Shown here piece by piece: positions 27,576 to 37,230 of a stretch of DNA of 37,230 nt; position 1 is the stretch's first letter, and each line of letters opens with the position of its first letter. The stretch covers positions 1-37,230 of the forward strand of contig CAIUKZ010000041.1 of the NCBI GenBank assembly GCA_903899865.1. The letters run 5' to 3'. Below the pieces are notes generated by a model that saw nothing but the letters and a program-made list of their open reading frames with translations, did not search any database and was not told where the DNA came from. The position numbers and the translations under genes were made by a program. This DNA comes from an uncultured Bacteroidales bacterium (GTDB lineage Bacteria > Bacteroidota > Bacteroidia > Bacteroidales > Paludibacteraceae).

Positions 27576-28640
27576 TTATTGTTTTGTCAATACCATATCC
27601 AGCAATGTCATAGCAGCCATGGCTTCTACGATGGGGACAGCCCGTGGCAATACGCATGGATCATGGCGTCCGTGAGCTTCGAGTGACACTTCGTTGGTGT
27701 GGATGTCCACCGTTTCTTGCTTGATGGAGATGGTAGCTACTGGTTTGAATAGCACTCGGAAGTAGATGTCTTGCCCATTGCTTATTCCACCTTGTATGCC
27801 TCCCGAATTGTTGGTTTTTGTGCCTATTTTTTCACCATCTTTGACAAACGCATCATTCATCTCCGAACCTTTGAGGCTCACGCCATCAAATCCCTTTCCG
27901 TAATCAAAACCATGTGTGGCATTGATGCTCATCATGGCTTGTGCTAAGCGTGCTTGTAGTTTGTCGAATATCGGTTCGCCGATACCCACTGGTACGCCTT
28001 TGATGACGCACGATACGATACCGCCGATGGAGTCACCTTCTGTTTTGAGTTGATGGATATAGGCTATCATTTTTTCAGCCGTGTCTTGCTCCGGACAGCG
28101 CACTATGTTGCTTTCTATTTGGGTTAAATCCACACTGTCTATTCCACCCTTCATGGCTATGTGTCCCACTTGTGAAGTGAAAGCATTGATTTCGAGTCCA
28201 TGAGTTCGAAGTGCTAATTTTGCCACCGCACCCGCCACTACTCTGGAAGCAGTCTCACGTGCCGAACTGCGACCACCACCACGGTGATCACGAATGCCAT
28301 ATTTTTGCTGGTAGGTAAAGTCGGCATGCGACGGACGAAACACTTCCTTCAAGTGATCGTAATCATTGCTTTTTTGATTCTCATTCCAGATGATAAATGC
28401 AATGGGAGTTCCCGTAGATTTGGCTTCGAAGATACCCGACAGGAATTCGACTTGGTCAGCTTCCTTGCGGGGAGTAGCTATGGATGATTGTCCGGGACGA
28501 CGACGATTCAATTCCTGTTGAACAAAACTTTCGTCTATTTCAATGCCTGCTGGGCATCCATCTATGATTCCGCCGATGCCACGTCCGTGTGATTCTCCAA
28601 AAGACGTGAATGTGAATAATTTACCTATCGTATTTGACAT
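27576..28640 (-). CDS. aroC: Chorismate synthase
   Basis: [37 protein letters not shown] and [12 protein letters not shown] -7 box TAACTTTG lies at 28840-28847. Confidence 0.97.
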   Translation of the reverse strand: MSNTIGKLFTFTSFGESHGRGIGGIIDGCPAGIEIDESFVQQELNRRRPGQSSIATPRKEADQVEFLSGIFEAKSTGTPIAFIIWNENQKSNDYDHLKEVFRPSHADFTYQQKYGIRDHRGGGRSSARETASRVVAGAVAKLALRTHGLEINAFTSQVGHIAMKGGIDSVDLTQIESNIVRCPEQDTAEKMIAYIHQLKTEGDSIGGIVSCVIKGVPVGIGEPIFDKLQARLAQAMMSINATHGFDYGKGFDGVSLKGSEMNDAFVKDGEKIGTKTNNSGGIQGGISNGQDIYFRVLFKPVATISIKQETVDIHTNEVSLEAHGRHDPCVLPRAVPIVEAMAAMTLLDMVLTKQ

Positions 28641-28660
28641 GTGTGTGTTAGTTACAAGTG

Positions 28661-28688
28661 GCCCCCTAAATCCCCCGAGGGGGACTTT
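28661..28688 (-). repeat. REP-like 28-bp element, copy 2
   Basis: Reverse complement AAAGTCCCCCTCGGGGGATTTAGGGGGC matches 23374-23401. Confidence 0.85.
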
Positions 28689-28870
28689 TTGAGGTCTTCG
28701 TATGAATATTTTTAGTGAGAAATTATAGAAATAAATACATTTAGTATTGTATTAAATCGCGAGCGACAAATACCTATGCTGCAAGTTGTTAGTTTTTTTT
28801 TTTAGTTGCTAATAACTAGTGTTTTATAAATTTTAGTTGCAAAGTTACTACAAAAAATGAAATAATAAAA

Positions 28871-28907
28871 CAGGACACCAGTTGACAAAAAGTCTTTAGG
28901 TGTCCTG
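28871..28907 (-). terminator. Probable terminator after slyD
   Basis: CAGGACACC...GGTGTCCTG stem followed by TTTTATT on the minus strand. Confidence 0.6.
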
Positions 28908-28946
28908 AAATTATTAATTATTAATTATCAATTATTAATTGATCAA

Positions 28947-29585
28947 TCAATGGCATCCACATCCGCTTCCGCATCCACCGCCAGCACTGGCTTCGTCGCC
29001 GCAACTTCCGTCACCACATCCACCATCACCACATCCGCCACTTCCACAGCTTCCGCCTCCGCTTCCACATCCACATCCGCTTCCACATCCACCACCACCT
29101 AGTAGTGATGCAAGTTCTTGTTCGGTGGCTTCGCGCACTTCCAATACTTTTCCTTTGAAATGTAGTGTTTCACCTGCTAGAGGGTGATTCAAATCTACTT
29201 TCACGTGAGTGTCAGTAACTTCTACCACTTGAGCATTGATGCGGTTACCTTCGTTGTCCATAAGTGGTACTACGTTACCTTCAAACACCACTTCTGTGTC
29301 TAACGAACCATCCACTTCAAAAATATTGCGGTCAAGGTCAAGTACGCTTGCATCGTCATATTCGCCGTAAGCATCTTCGGTGTTTATGGTAAAATCAAAT
29401 GACTGACCTTCTTCAAGACCATACATATTTTCTTCAAATTTCGGAAGCATCATTCCTAGTCCAAAGATAAAAGTTAATGGTTGCTCGGGAGTGGCTTTTT
29501 CCATAAGTTCCAATTCTCCCTCAGTTTCTCCATCTACGAATAGTTCGTATTCGGCAGAAACAAAATTGTTTGCTGTAATTTTCAT
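28947..29585 (-). CDS. slyD: FKBP-type peptidyl-prolyl isomerase SlyD with a Cys/Gly-rich tail
   Basis: PLTFIFGLG, EDAYGEYD, VDLNHPLAGETLHF and VLEVREAT. A -7 box TAAGTTTG lies at 29684-29691. Confidence 0.9.
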   Translation of the reverse strand: MKITANNFVSAEYELFVDGETEGELELMEKATPEQPLTFIFGLGMMLPKFEENMYGLEEGQSFDFTINTEDAYGEYDDASVLDLDRNIFEVDGSLDTEVVFEGNVVPLMDNEGNRINAQVVEVTDTHVKVDLNHPLAGETLHFKGKVLEVREATEQELASLLGGGGCGSGCGCGSGGGSCGSGGCGDGGCGDGSCGDEASAGGGCGSGCGCH

Positions 29586-29761
29586 GTTGTCTATTGTTTT
29601 TGTGAATTATTTTTGTTTTTCTTGTTTTCTAGGGCTGTTTTTTGCCTGTTTGTCGGGCTTCTACGCTGGATTGATTTTGTTGGCAAACTTACAATTAATA
29701 ATTTAATCTGTGATTATTATCACTGCAAATAAATACGTTCTGATTACTTGACATAAATAAC

Positions 29762-32521
29762 TCAATACCACGTAGTATTGTTCGCACCAGGTAGTCCCTT
29801 TTTGTCATATTTTAAGTCTTGCAGCATGGCAGCATCTACAGCCAATTTGAAAGAGTATGATTTGTATGGTCCAAACGGAACAGCTACAGCACTCATTGTC
29901 CAACAATGTAGTTTTCTGGTAATGTTTAAGCTGGCATACGAAAATTGCTTAATTTTGAAATCGTATGATGTGGATGTGCTAAAGCGCCAGTTGGGTGTCA
30001 ATGAAATATTGCCAGAAAGACTCAATCCATGAGTGATTACCATGTCATACTCCATTTTTGATTTGTTGAATTTATCCATGCCATAACGAATGTTGTAGTT
30101 GGCGCTAATGCTCCAAGGGATGGTTACTTTCCTATAACCATCAGCGTCATTCTCGCCCGTTGATTTTGGTTCTTCCTTTTTAGTAGTAGGCAGATTAGGG
30201 TCTTGAAGTGAATTGTTTGCGTTATTTGCGCTATTTGGGTCAGTTGTGCTAGTAGCGTTAGCCTCCGTTTTTTTCTTTTTAGCTTTAAATGTCTCGTTGC
30301 TCAGCGTGTAGCTAAATGCAGTGCTGGTACCTTCAAACACTGGAAATTGTCCATAGTCCCACCTAAGTTTGTTTATCGTCATTGGATTTCCAACTTTATC
30401 CAATGCGTAGAAATAAGGGTTGAATGTTCCACCAAGCGCTAGATTGTAGCTTTTGCCGATTTTGATACGAATACTGGCATTGAATTTTTGCCAGTTTAAT
30501 GTGTCAACAGCCATGTTGTAACCCCCGCTGATGGTGAAATTGTCTATCAGACTGATTTTGTTATAGGGGTTCAGACCAGTAGTATCTTTGTCATTTCTCA
30601 CTTTCATTTCTACGTTGTTGATAAGCGAAAAACCGATATTGCCTGCTTTTCCTGCTCCTGGCCCTCCGTATAGAAACATCCCATCTCCATAATGTGAATA
30701 TTTTACCCGGTCAAGATATACACCAGTAGCCGAAACTCTATCGTAATAGTCATAAAATCCATATACTGGCTCCGAAAAATCGGGGTGATAACTCAGATTG
30801 ATGCTCGGTGTCATCATGTGACGAATCCGATCTACCTTGTCGCCAAATAATTTTCGTGAAGGGATGTAAAATCCATACAACTTGGTGGTAAGACCGATAC
30901 TCATGTTGTAGTCCCATGCATTGCTAAATTTGTTGTTTACTGCCGTGATTACTTCTTTGTTTGCCTTGCTGTCCCAACCTTTATCCACGGTTTTGAGGTA
31001 CATTCTATCCGTGAAATTGGCGGAGGCTGTCAGATTGAAATATTTAAACACCGAGTAAGTTGCAGTGATGGGTATGCTATGATTCATTGCATTTTTCCAG
31101 TCGGTAGCCAGGTTGGAAGTAAGGATTTTGTATTCTTTGGTGTCAATGCTGTTGGCCAAAGTTCCGGTGTAGGAAATGCTTATCTTCTCGTACCAACGCT
31201 CTTTGCCTACCGCATCTTTTCGTTTAAAGGGGTATATTCTGCTCATGACCAGATTAATGTTTGGTAGCGAAACATTGATGGAAGTGTCTTGAGTGCGTTG
31301 ATTAATCAAGAAACTGCTTGTGAAGCTAAATGGACTCTCAGGAAATCGCTGCGAATAGGTGATACTGGACGATTTGATGTTTTGGGAGTTTTGAGCCATG
31401 TTGTAATAGCTGTTGATATTGCTGCGATAATAGCCACTGGTGGAGAAATTGACACTTGCCGATAAGTTGGAAAATGGGTTGGCTTTCGTGTCTTGTGAGT
31501 GTGTCCATCTGAAACTTGTGTTAGTTGCTTTGTTGTAGCTGTCGGTATTTATCTCGCCCGTCACATCCTCGCGGTAGCTGAAACCCAGATTACCTCTGTA
31601 CTTGTATTTTTTAACATACTGTGATGCTGTGTTTAAAGCGAAGGTCCCTTTGGTGTAAATCTCTGTTTTGAGTTCCAAATCCACGTAGTCATTGATGGCA
31701 AAATAATAGCCACCATTGGTAAATCCGAAACCCCTTGTCACATCATCCGTGTAGGTGGGCATGAGTACACCAGATGAATACTTGTCAGTAAATGGAAAAA
31801 AACCAAATGGAATTATAATGGGTAGGGGCACATCTGCCACCACCAAGTGTGCTGGCCCAGTGACGATGTATTTGCCAGGCTTTACTTTAGCTCGGGATAG
31901 ACTAAGGTAAAAATCAGGGTGTTCTGTGTGGTCACAGGTGGTGTATTTGGCATCAGCCACACACAAGAAATCCTCAGTGCTTTTCTTAGTTCTATCACTG
32001 ATAATGTAGCCTTCGCCTTGTTTGGTAACGGCTTGGCGAATATAACCTTTCTTTGTTTTAAGATTGTAAGTCAGGTTTTTGGAATTATAGTCGGTATTTC
32101 CTTCTTTAAAAACCGGATCTCCAATCGTATTGCCAATGCTGTCCTTTGTGCCTTGTGCATAGATGGTGCTGCTGTCCATCTTGATTCGGATATAGTCGGC
32201 TTTTAAATTGATATTCTTATAAGTGATGTCGCCATTGCCATGAAGAAACCCGGTGCCATCGCCTAGAAACACAATGGAGTCTTGTGCCGAATAATCAATA
32301 ATGGCGTCGATAGCATCTGGTTTTTTTGTCTTTTTGGGTGGATTACTCTTGTTTTCTACTGTTGGATTGGACGCAATACTATCCCCAGTTATGCTGTCCT
32401 CCATGGCGGGTGTTATAAGTGCTGAGCCTTGACCATAGCCCCATAATGGAATGGTTATGAGAAAAAATAACAGAATATTTACACGTGATTTGCTGATATT
32501 TAATAGTTTACAGACAAGCAT
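29762..32521 (-). CDS. lptD: Putative LPS assembly protein LptD (Bacteroidota type)
   Basis: IDYSAQDSI, YNLKTKKG, YTTCD..HPDFY, PFGFFP and a beta-barrel-like C-terminus RKLHCWTMS. Divergent from the amidase-mlaD pair. Confidence 0.85.
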   Translation of the reverse strand: MLVCKLLNISKSRVNILLFFLITIPLWGYGQGSALITPAMEDSITGDSIASNPTVENKSNPPKKTKKPDAIDAIIDYSAQDSIVFLGDGTGFLHGNGDITYKNINLKADYIRIKMDSSTIYAQGTKDSIGNTIGDPVFKEGNTDYNSKNLTYNLKTKKGYIRQAVTKQGEGYIISDRTKKSTEDFLCVADAKYTTCDHTEHPDFYLSLSRAKVKPGKYIVTGPAHLVVADVPLPIIIPFGFFPFTDKYSSGVLMPTYTDDVTRGFGFTNGGYYFAINDYVDLELKTEIYTKGTFALNTASQYVKKYKYRGNLGFSYREDVTGEINTDSYNKATNTSFRWTHSQDTKANPFSNLSASVNFSTSGYYRSNINSYYNMAQNSQNIKSSSITYSQRFPESPFSFTSSFLINQRTQDTSINVSLPNINLVMSRIYPFKRKDAVGKERWYEKISISYTGTLANSIDTKEYKILTSNLATDWKNAMNHSIPITATYSVFKYFNLTASANFTDRMYLKTVDKGWDSKANKEVITAVNNKFSNAWDYNMSIGLTTKLYGFYIPSRKLFGDKVDRIRHMMTPSINLSYHPDFSEPVYGFYDYYDRVSATGVYLDRVKYSHYGDGMFLYGGPGAGKAGNIGFSLINNVEMKVRNDKDTTGLNPYNKISLIDNFTISGGYNMAVDTLNWQKFNASIRIKIGKSYNLALGGTFNPYFYALDKVGNPMTINKLRWDYGQFPVFEGTSTAFSYTLSNETFKAKKKKTEANATSTTDPNSANNANNSLQDPNLPTTKKEEPKSTGENDADGYRKVTIPWSISANYNIRYGMDKFNKSKMEYDMVITHGLSLSGNISLTPNWRFSTSTSYDFKIKQFSYASLNITRKLHCWTMSAVAVPFGPYKSYSFKLAVDAAMLQDLKYDKKGLPGANNTTWY

Positions 32522-32658
32522 CCAAGTGTGTTGATGGGTTTTTAATTAGGTCGCAAATTTAGTCAAAAAATAGCAGTCAATTTTACATCTACTTCCATTT
32601 TTATGATTAATTTAAAAATTTACTCGATATTTTAGTATGTCAAACGGGATAAAAGCAT

Positions 32659-32666
32659 TACTTTTG
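32659..32666 (+). promoter_or_regulatory. -7 promoter box (TACTTTTG) for the amidase; a divergent box TAAATTTG at 32554-32561 serves lptD
   Basis: TAnnTTTG matches on both strands of the divergent intergenic region. Confidence 0.55.
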
Positions 32667-32792
32667 CACCGAAAACACAGCTGTTATTTTTACTCAATTC
32701 AATGTAAATAAACCCATTATAATTGGTGTATTTGTCACTGCTTGATTGTGTTTTTATTGTTATGGTATTTGCCACAGGCTTACTTTATAAGA

Positions 32793-34412
32793 ATGAAATT
32801 GACATCCATGTTTTATCAATATTTTCGATACCTTTTCCTTGTGTTGTCATTGTTCGCTACTTTTACTGTTGTAGCCCAAGATTCACGGTTTGTGATAGTT
32901 ATTGATGCTGGACACGGTGGTCATGACCCAGGTGCAATAGGTGATATTTCACGTGAAAAGGATATCAATTTATCTATCTCGCTTGAATTGGGCACTATTA
33001 TCGAACAAAACTTCAAAGATGTCAAAGTAGTCTTTACTCGTAAGAGTGATGAATATCTCACCCTTCAAGAACGTGCCGATATTGTCAACAATAATCATGC
33101 CGACCTTTTTATTTGTATCCACACCAATTCCACCAAAGGTACTGCTGCCTTTGGAGCAGAATCATTTACCCTCGGTTTAGCAAAATCAAAGGCAAACTTG
33201 GATGTCGCTATGCGTGAAAACTCAGTAATACTTTTGGAAGATAATTACAAAACAAAATACAAAGGCTTCGACCCATCGTCAGTAGATTCATACATCATGT
33301 TTGAATTTATGCAAGATAAGTACATCGACAAGAGTGTGGAAATAGCCTCTTCCATTCAAAAGCAATTTGCCGATTATTGCCATCGTTCAGACAGGGGAGT
33401 GCGTCAGGCAGGATTCTGGGTGCTGCATCGTTCTGCCTGTCCAAGTGTATTGGTAGAGGTAGGATTTATTTCTAATCCCGCCGAAGAGCGATATCTCAAC
33501 TCAGCGCATGGAAAACATGATATGGCTACAGCAATTTTTAACGCTGTGGTGCTTTACAAACGTGATCACGACAGACGGTCGGGCAAAAAACCGAGTGCTG
33601 TAGCCCCTAAAGTGGCACAGCCCATCAAGCTAAAAGTAGATACTGTCACTCAAAAACCACAAACTGCCCTTCCTTCTAGTCTTGTCACGCCTGAGGTTGT
33701 ACAGTCAGAAGGGTCGAAGGCAAACGCTGGTACGAAAATTGTAGATACCCTCAAGCATCAATCTTCCAAGTCTGGTGCCGGTGAGAAAAATGTGCCCGTT
33801 GCTGCAAAATCGGCAACTCCTCAGACAAACAAGAGTGGTACTAGCTCTCTCTCTAATGTGGTGAAGGAAGTAAATGAAAGTACCAAAGTTGCACCAACTG
33901 TGCAGGTAGAAAAAGCAAGTTCTAAATCAAATTTGGCTTACATTCCCAGTCAAAAAGGAGTTGCTAATCAAGTGAATAGTCAGGTGCGTCAGCCCAAATC
34001 TAGTTTGCCAGTTAGCAAATCACGCATCAATGTAGTGCGACCCGATAATGAAGAGCAAGCGGTCAAAGTTGATACATTAGCAGAAAAATCAAAAGCACCC
34101 ATAGCGACAAAACAAAATGAAAATATTGCCGTTACTAATGAGTTTGAAAAGCAGCTGCCTGTGTTCAAGGTGCAAATACTAGCCTCCAGTAAAGTGCTTA
34201 AAGCTAACTCTTCCGAATTTAAAGGACTACATAATGTAGATCAATTTGAAGAAGGAGGATGGTACAAATACACCATAGGGGCAGAAAAAGAGCATGCAAA
34301 AATAAATAAAATTAGAGCTAGTCTGTTGGATAAATTTCCAAAAGCATTTATTATAGCTTTTTATAAGGGTAAGAAAATTTCGGAGGCGGAAGCCATTAAG
34401 ATAAAAAAGTGA
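32793..34412 (+). CDS. N-acetylmuramoyl-L-alanine amidase (Amidase_3) with a long linker and a C-terminal domain
   Basis: VIDAGHGGHDPGA, EKDINL, LFICIHTNS and PSVLVEVGFISN. Start uncertain; ATG at 32793 chosen. Confidence 0.9.
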   Translation: MKLTSMFYQYFRYLFLVLSLFATFTVVAQDSRFVIVIDAGHGGHDPGAIGDISREKDINLSISLELGTIIEQNFKDVKVVFTRKSDEYLTLQERADIVNNNHADLFICIHTNSTKGTAAFGAESFTLGLAKSKANLDVAMRENSVILLEDNYKTKYKGFDPSSVDSYIMFEFMQDKYIDKSVEIASSIQKQFADYCHRSDRGVRQAGFWVLHRSACPSVLVEVGFISNPAEERYLNSAHGKHDMATAIFNAVVLYKRDHDRRSGKKPSAVAPKVAQPIKLKVDTVTQKPQTALPSSLVTPEVVQSEGSKANAGTKIVDTLKHQSSKSGAGEKNVPVAAKSATPQTNKSGTSSLSNVVKEVNESTKVAPTVQVEKASSKSNLAYIPSQKGVANQVNSQVRQPKSSLPVSKSRINVVRPDNEEQAVKVDTLAEKSKAPIATKQNENIAVTNEFEKQLPVFKVQILASSKVLKANSSEFKGLHNVDQFEEGGWYKYTIGAEKEHAKINKIRASLLDKFPKAFIIAFYKGKKISEAEAIKIKK

Positions 34413-34705
34413 TCCTGGTTGTGAGCAAAATCAAAGCTAATCGTTCGGAATCTAACTAGCTTAAACAAATCAATCACACAGCTTTCGCCAACTTTGAGGT
34501 GTGATAAACGCAGGGTGTGAACGCATAATATAAACAGATCTCTATTCCCCTCAGAGTTATTTCCAATATAAAACAGAAGGGTTAGGGCTTTATTTTTTAT
34601 AGATTCAACACCTAGGTTTCAACATTGAAAGTAGGACATCCGAGGTGATGATTAAATAATCCTAACTTTACATCCTTTCCTTCGGAAGGGCTTAATTATA
34701 AACGT

Positions 34706-35614
34706 ATGAATAAAATTTTCACTAGAGAAGTAAGAGTAGGTGTAATGGCTATCGTAGCCATGTTTTTGTTGTATTTAGGGTTGCATTTCCTTAAAGGTAT
34801 TGATGTTTTTTCATCCGTCAATTCCTATTATGCGAGATACGAAAACTTGGGTGGATTAGTGCCATCATCGCCAGTGTACATCAAAGGCTATAAAGTAGGA
34901 CAGGTAGAGTCGGTGGTGTATGATTTCACACAACAGCGACCATTTGTAATTAAAATATCGGTTGCTAAAGACATCCATTTACCCAAAGATACCAAAGTGG
35001 AATTGTATGATGATGGTTTGATGGGTGGAAAAGCCATTCAACTTGTCTTTGCCCCCATTAAAAGCAATGATTTTTTTGCGTCTAATGATACTCTTGCTTC
35101 GCAAGTTGCTATAGGATTGATGGCTACAATGAGTGAAAAATTGCTGCCGAAAATTGAGTCGATAGCTACTCAAGCTGACTCACTGATACGTACCGTACGC
35201 AAAATTGCAGAAAATAAAAGCATAGATAATAGTCTAAGTTCGTTTGAACAAACTACTACTGATCTCGCTGCCACTTCGTCCAAATTAAGGTCTATTATGA
35301 ATACCGATGTTGCAAAGGCTATGGGAGATGTAAATGTGTTAACTACAGACTTGAAACAAGTAACAGGCAATCTCAAAAAGGTAGACTTTAACAATACCTT
35401 TGTGAGTTTAAATCATAGTATGGAAAATTTGAATAAATTCTCCGAAAAACTAAATAGTAATGATGGGACATTGGGACTACTTTTAACGAATAAAGACCTA
35501 TATCAGAATTTGAACAAGACTGTGACAAGTGCCGATAACTTATTGATGGACATAAAGTTGAATCCAAAGCGTTATGTTAATGTTTCTGTCTTTGGAAAGG
35601 GTGAAAAGAAGTGA
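34706..35614 (+). CDS. MlaD/MCE-family protein
   Basis: N-terminal TM segment, GLVPSSPVYIKGYKVGQV, GLMGGKAI, GTLGLLL and DIKLNPKRYV. Confidence 0.9.
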   Translation: MNKIFTREVRVGVMAIVAMFLLYLGLHFLKGIDVFSSVNSYYARYENLGGLVPSSPVYIKGYKVGQVESVVYDFTQQRPFVIKISVAKDIHLPKDTKVELYDDGLMGGKAIQLVFAPIKSNDFFASNDTLASQVAIGLMATMSEKLLPKIESIATQADSLIRTVRKIAENKSIDNSLSSFEQTTTDLAATSSKLRSIMNTDVAKAMGDVNVLTTDLKQVTGNLKKVDFNNTFVSLNHSMENLNKFSEKLNSNDGTLGLLLTNKDLYQNLNKTVTSADNLLMDIKLNPKRYVNVSVFGKGEKK

Positions 35615-35670
35615 TGTTATTTAGACCTGTTCTAAATAACTGTCATTGGGTGAAATAATTCTATGCCACA

Positions 35671-35724
35671 ACATGAAAGCCGAAACTACTTGTAAATAAG
35701 AGTTTCGGCTTTCGGCTTTCATGT
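35671..35724. terminator. Hairpin after the MlaD gene, probable terminator
   Basis: ACATGAAAGCCGAAACT...AGTTTCGGCTTTC-GGCTTTC-ATGT. Confidence 0.55.
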
Positions 35725-36000
35725 CCAACCGATTATTATGACATAATGTCAAATCCTTTAAAATCAACCCTCTCAGATGGTTTTATGATTTAAGTCCTTG
35801 TATTCAAAGGCATTGAAGTATCATTTTGATTACTAGTATGTTACATAAGTGTTAAAAACCCATTACAGAATAAAGATTTGGATATTTCAAATTTGTTTCT
35901 GAAATTTGTATCCAACAAGGCATCCATTTTTTGAGTCGCTCCTTGTAATCTAATTCTATATCCCAAATCGCTAGTAATCTCGTTACTTTCAATATAATCA

Positions 36001-37230
36001 ATGAATACACTGCACGAACAATTGTGGCAAAAATGTTTGAATGTCATCAAGGATAATATCTCAGATGTGTCATTCAATACTTGGTTTTCACCAATTGTAC
36101 CCCTGAAATACGAAAACAGTATCTTTGTTTTGCAAGTTCCAAGTCAGTTTTTTGTTGAATACATTGAAGAAAAATTTATCGATCTTCTGCGAGTTACCCT
36201 TTACCGCGAAGTAGGGGTAGGTACCAAATTGGAATACCGAGTACTGATAGATAAAGCAAGCGGTGCTGGACCTCAGATACCAAGTGTGAGCGATAAGCCA
36301 ATAGTGAAGCCCCTAGCTGCTGTAAATGCCTATGCTAGTCCTTACAATAAGCCTCATTTGCCCGAAATTGACCCACAGCTAAACCCATCATTAAATTTCA
36401 CAGCTCTTGTGGAAGGTGTAAGTAATAAACTAGCAAGGTCTGCAGGATTAAGTATTAGCCAAGATCCAGGTAAAAGTACTTTCAATCCATTCTTTGTCTA
36501 TGGTCAATCAGGTGTCGGTAAGACACATCTTGCTAATGCCATTGGAATTATGGCAAAGCAACTATACCCAGACAAACGAGTGCTTTATGTTACAGCCAAT
36601 ACGTTTCAAACTCAATATACTGATTCGGTGCGAACCAATTCGCAAAACGATTTTTTGAATTTCTATCAGACCATTGATGTATTAATCATGGATGACATTC
36701 ATGAGTTTGCGGGTAAGACAGCTACTCAAAATACGTTTTTTCATATTTTCAACCACTTGCATCAATCAGGCAAACAGTTGATTTTAACCTCTGACCGTTC
36801 ACCTGTGGTGATGGCAGGTCTTGAACAACGTTTGTTGACTCGTTTCAAGTGGGGTTTGTCCGCAGAAATTGAAAAGCCAAACTTTGAGTTGCGCAAAGCC
36901 ATCTTGAAAAGCAAGATATATCGTGATGGTCTTGAAATACCAGAGGATGTGGTCAATTTTATTGCCGAGCATGTGGTAGACAATGTGCGTGACTTGGAAG
37001 GTGTGTTGGTGTCGCTATTAGCACATTCTACACTTGCAGATATTCAGATAGATGTGGAGCTGGCAGAAAAGGTGATTAGCCGTATTGTTAGTATCACAAA
37101 AAGAGTAAATACAGTAGAGAAAATTCGTGACGTAGTTTGCGAATACTATAACCTGTCAGTAGATGCTATTTCCACTAAAAGTCGTAAGCGTGAAGTGGTG
37201 CAAGCCCGTCAAATAGCAATGTACTTGTCT
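36001..37230 (+). CDS. dnaA: Chromosomal replication initiator DnaA, 3' end outside the window
   Basis: Translated by hand: MNTLHEQLWQKCL...SFNTWF...QVPSQFF...FNPFFVYGQSGVGKTHL...MDDIH...TSDRSP...RLLTRFKWGL...NVRDLEG...SRKREVVQARQIAMYL. Confidence 0.97.
   Translation, partial: MNTLHEQLWQKCLNVIKDNISDVSFNTWFSPIVPLKYENSIFVLQVPSQFFVEYIEEKFIDLLRVTLYREVGVGTKLEYRVLIDKASGAGPQIPSVSDKPIVKPLAAVNAYASPYNKPHLPEIDPQLNPSLNFTALVEGVSNKLARSAGLSISQDPGKSTFNPFFVYGQSGVGKTHLANAIGIMAKQLYPDKRVLYVTANTFQTQYTDSVRTNSQNDFLNFYQTIDVLIMDDIHEFAGKTATQNTFFHIFNHLHQSGKQLILTSDRSPVVMAGLEQRLLTRFKWGLSAEIEKPNFELRKAILKSKIYRDGLEIPEDVVNFIAEHVVDNVRDLEGVLVSLLAHSTLADIQIDVELAEKVISRIVSITKRVNTVEKIRDVVCEYYNLSVDAISTKSRKREVVQARQIAMYLS

Noticed and set aside
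28939-29187. Pro/His-rich ORF on the plus strand
   Set aside because: Antisense shadow of the Gly/Cys codons in the slyD tail.
35615-36000. oriC upstream of dnaA
   Set aside because: AT-rich, but I could not find a cluster of TTATCCACA-type DnaA boxes.

Overview
This is a Bacteroidota chromosomal window, probably Bacteroidales (inferred from the TAnnTTTG promoter boxes, a T9SS-type protein and the gene set). The housekeeping backbone is GNAT, rlmD, tRNA-Ala(GGC), pgi, gpsA, lysS, a three-gene acyl-CoA carboxylase cluster, an AmgK/MurU-like pair, aroC, slyD, lptD, an amidase, mlaD and a partial dnaA. Two separate AT-rich, minus-strand gene-cassette arrays interrupt it (about 3.87-7.09 kb and 24.1-27.19 kb). 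Their genes are separated by attC-like imperfect inverted repeats of nearly constant length (132-133 bp). In array 1 each cassette's leading GTT core is the exact complement of its own trailing AAC core, as expected for excisable integron-type cassettes. Both arrays start with the same layout: host gene, terminator, TATATTTG promoter box, then an attI-like site ATWTTTCGGT-GTTA. No integrase gene is present in the window. One attC-like site is split by a 412-nt ORF-less group IIC-attC-like intron carrying an outward-facing promoter box. Cargo includes a two-gene PD-(D/E)XK nuclease-like module, a secreted LRR protein and a probably frameshifted SanA. All product calls come from motif recognition by eye; no database searches were run.
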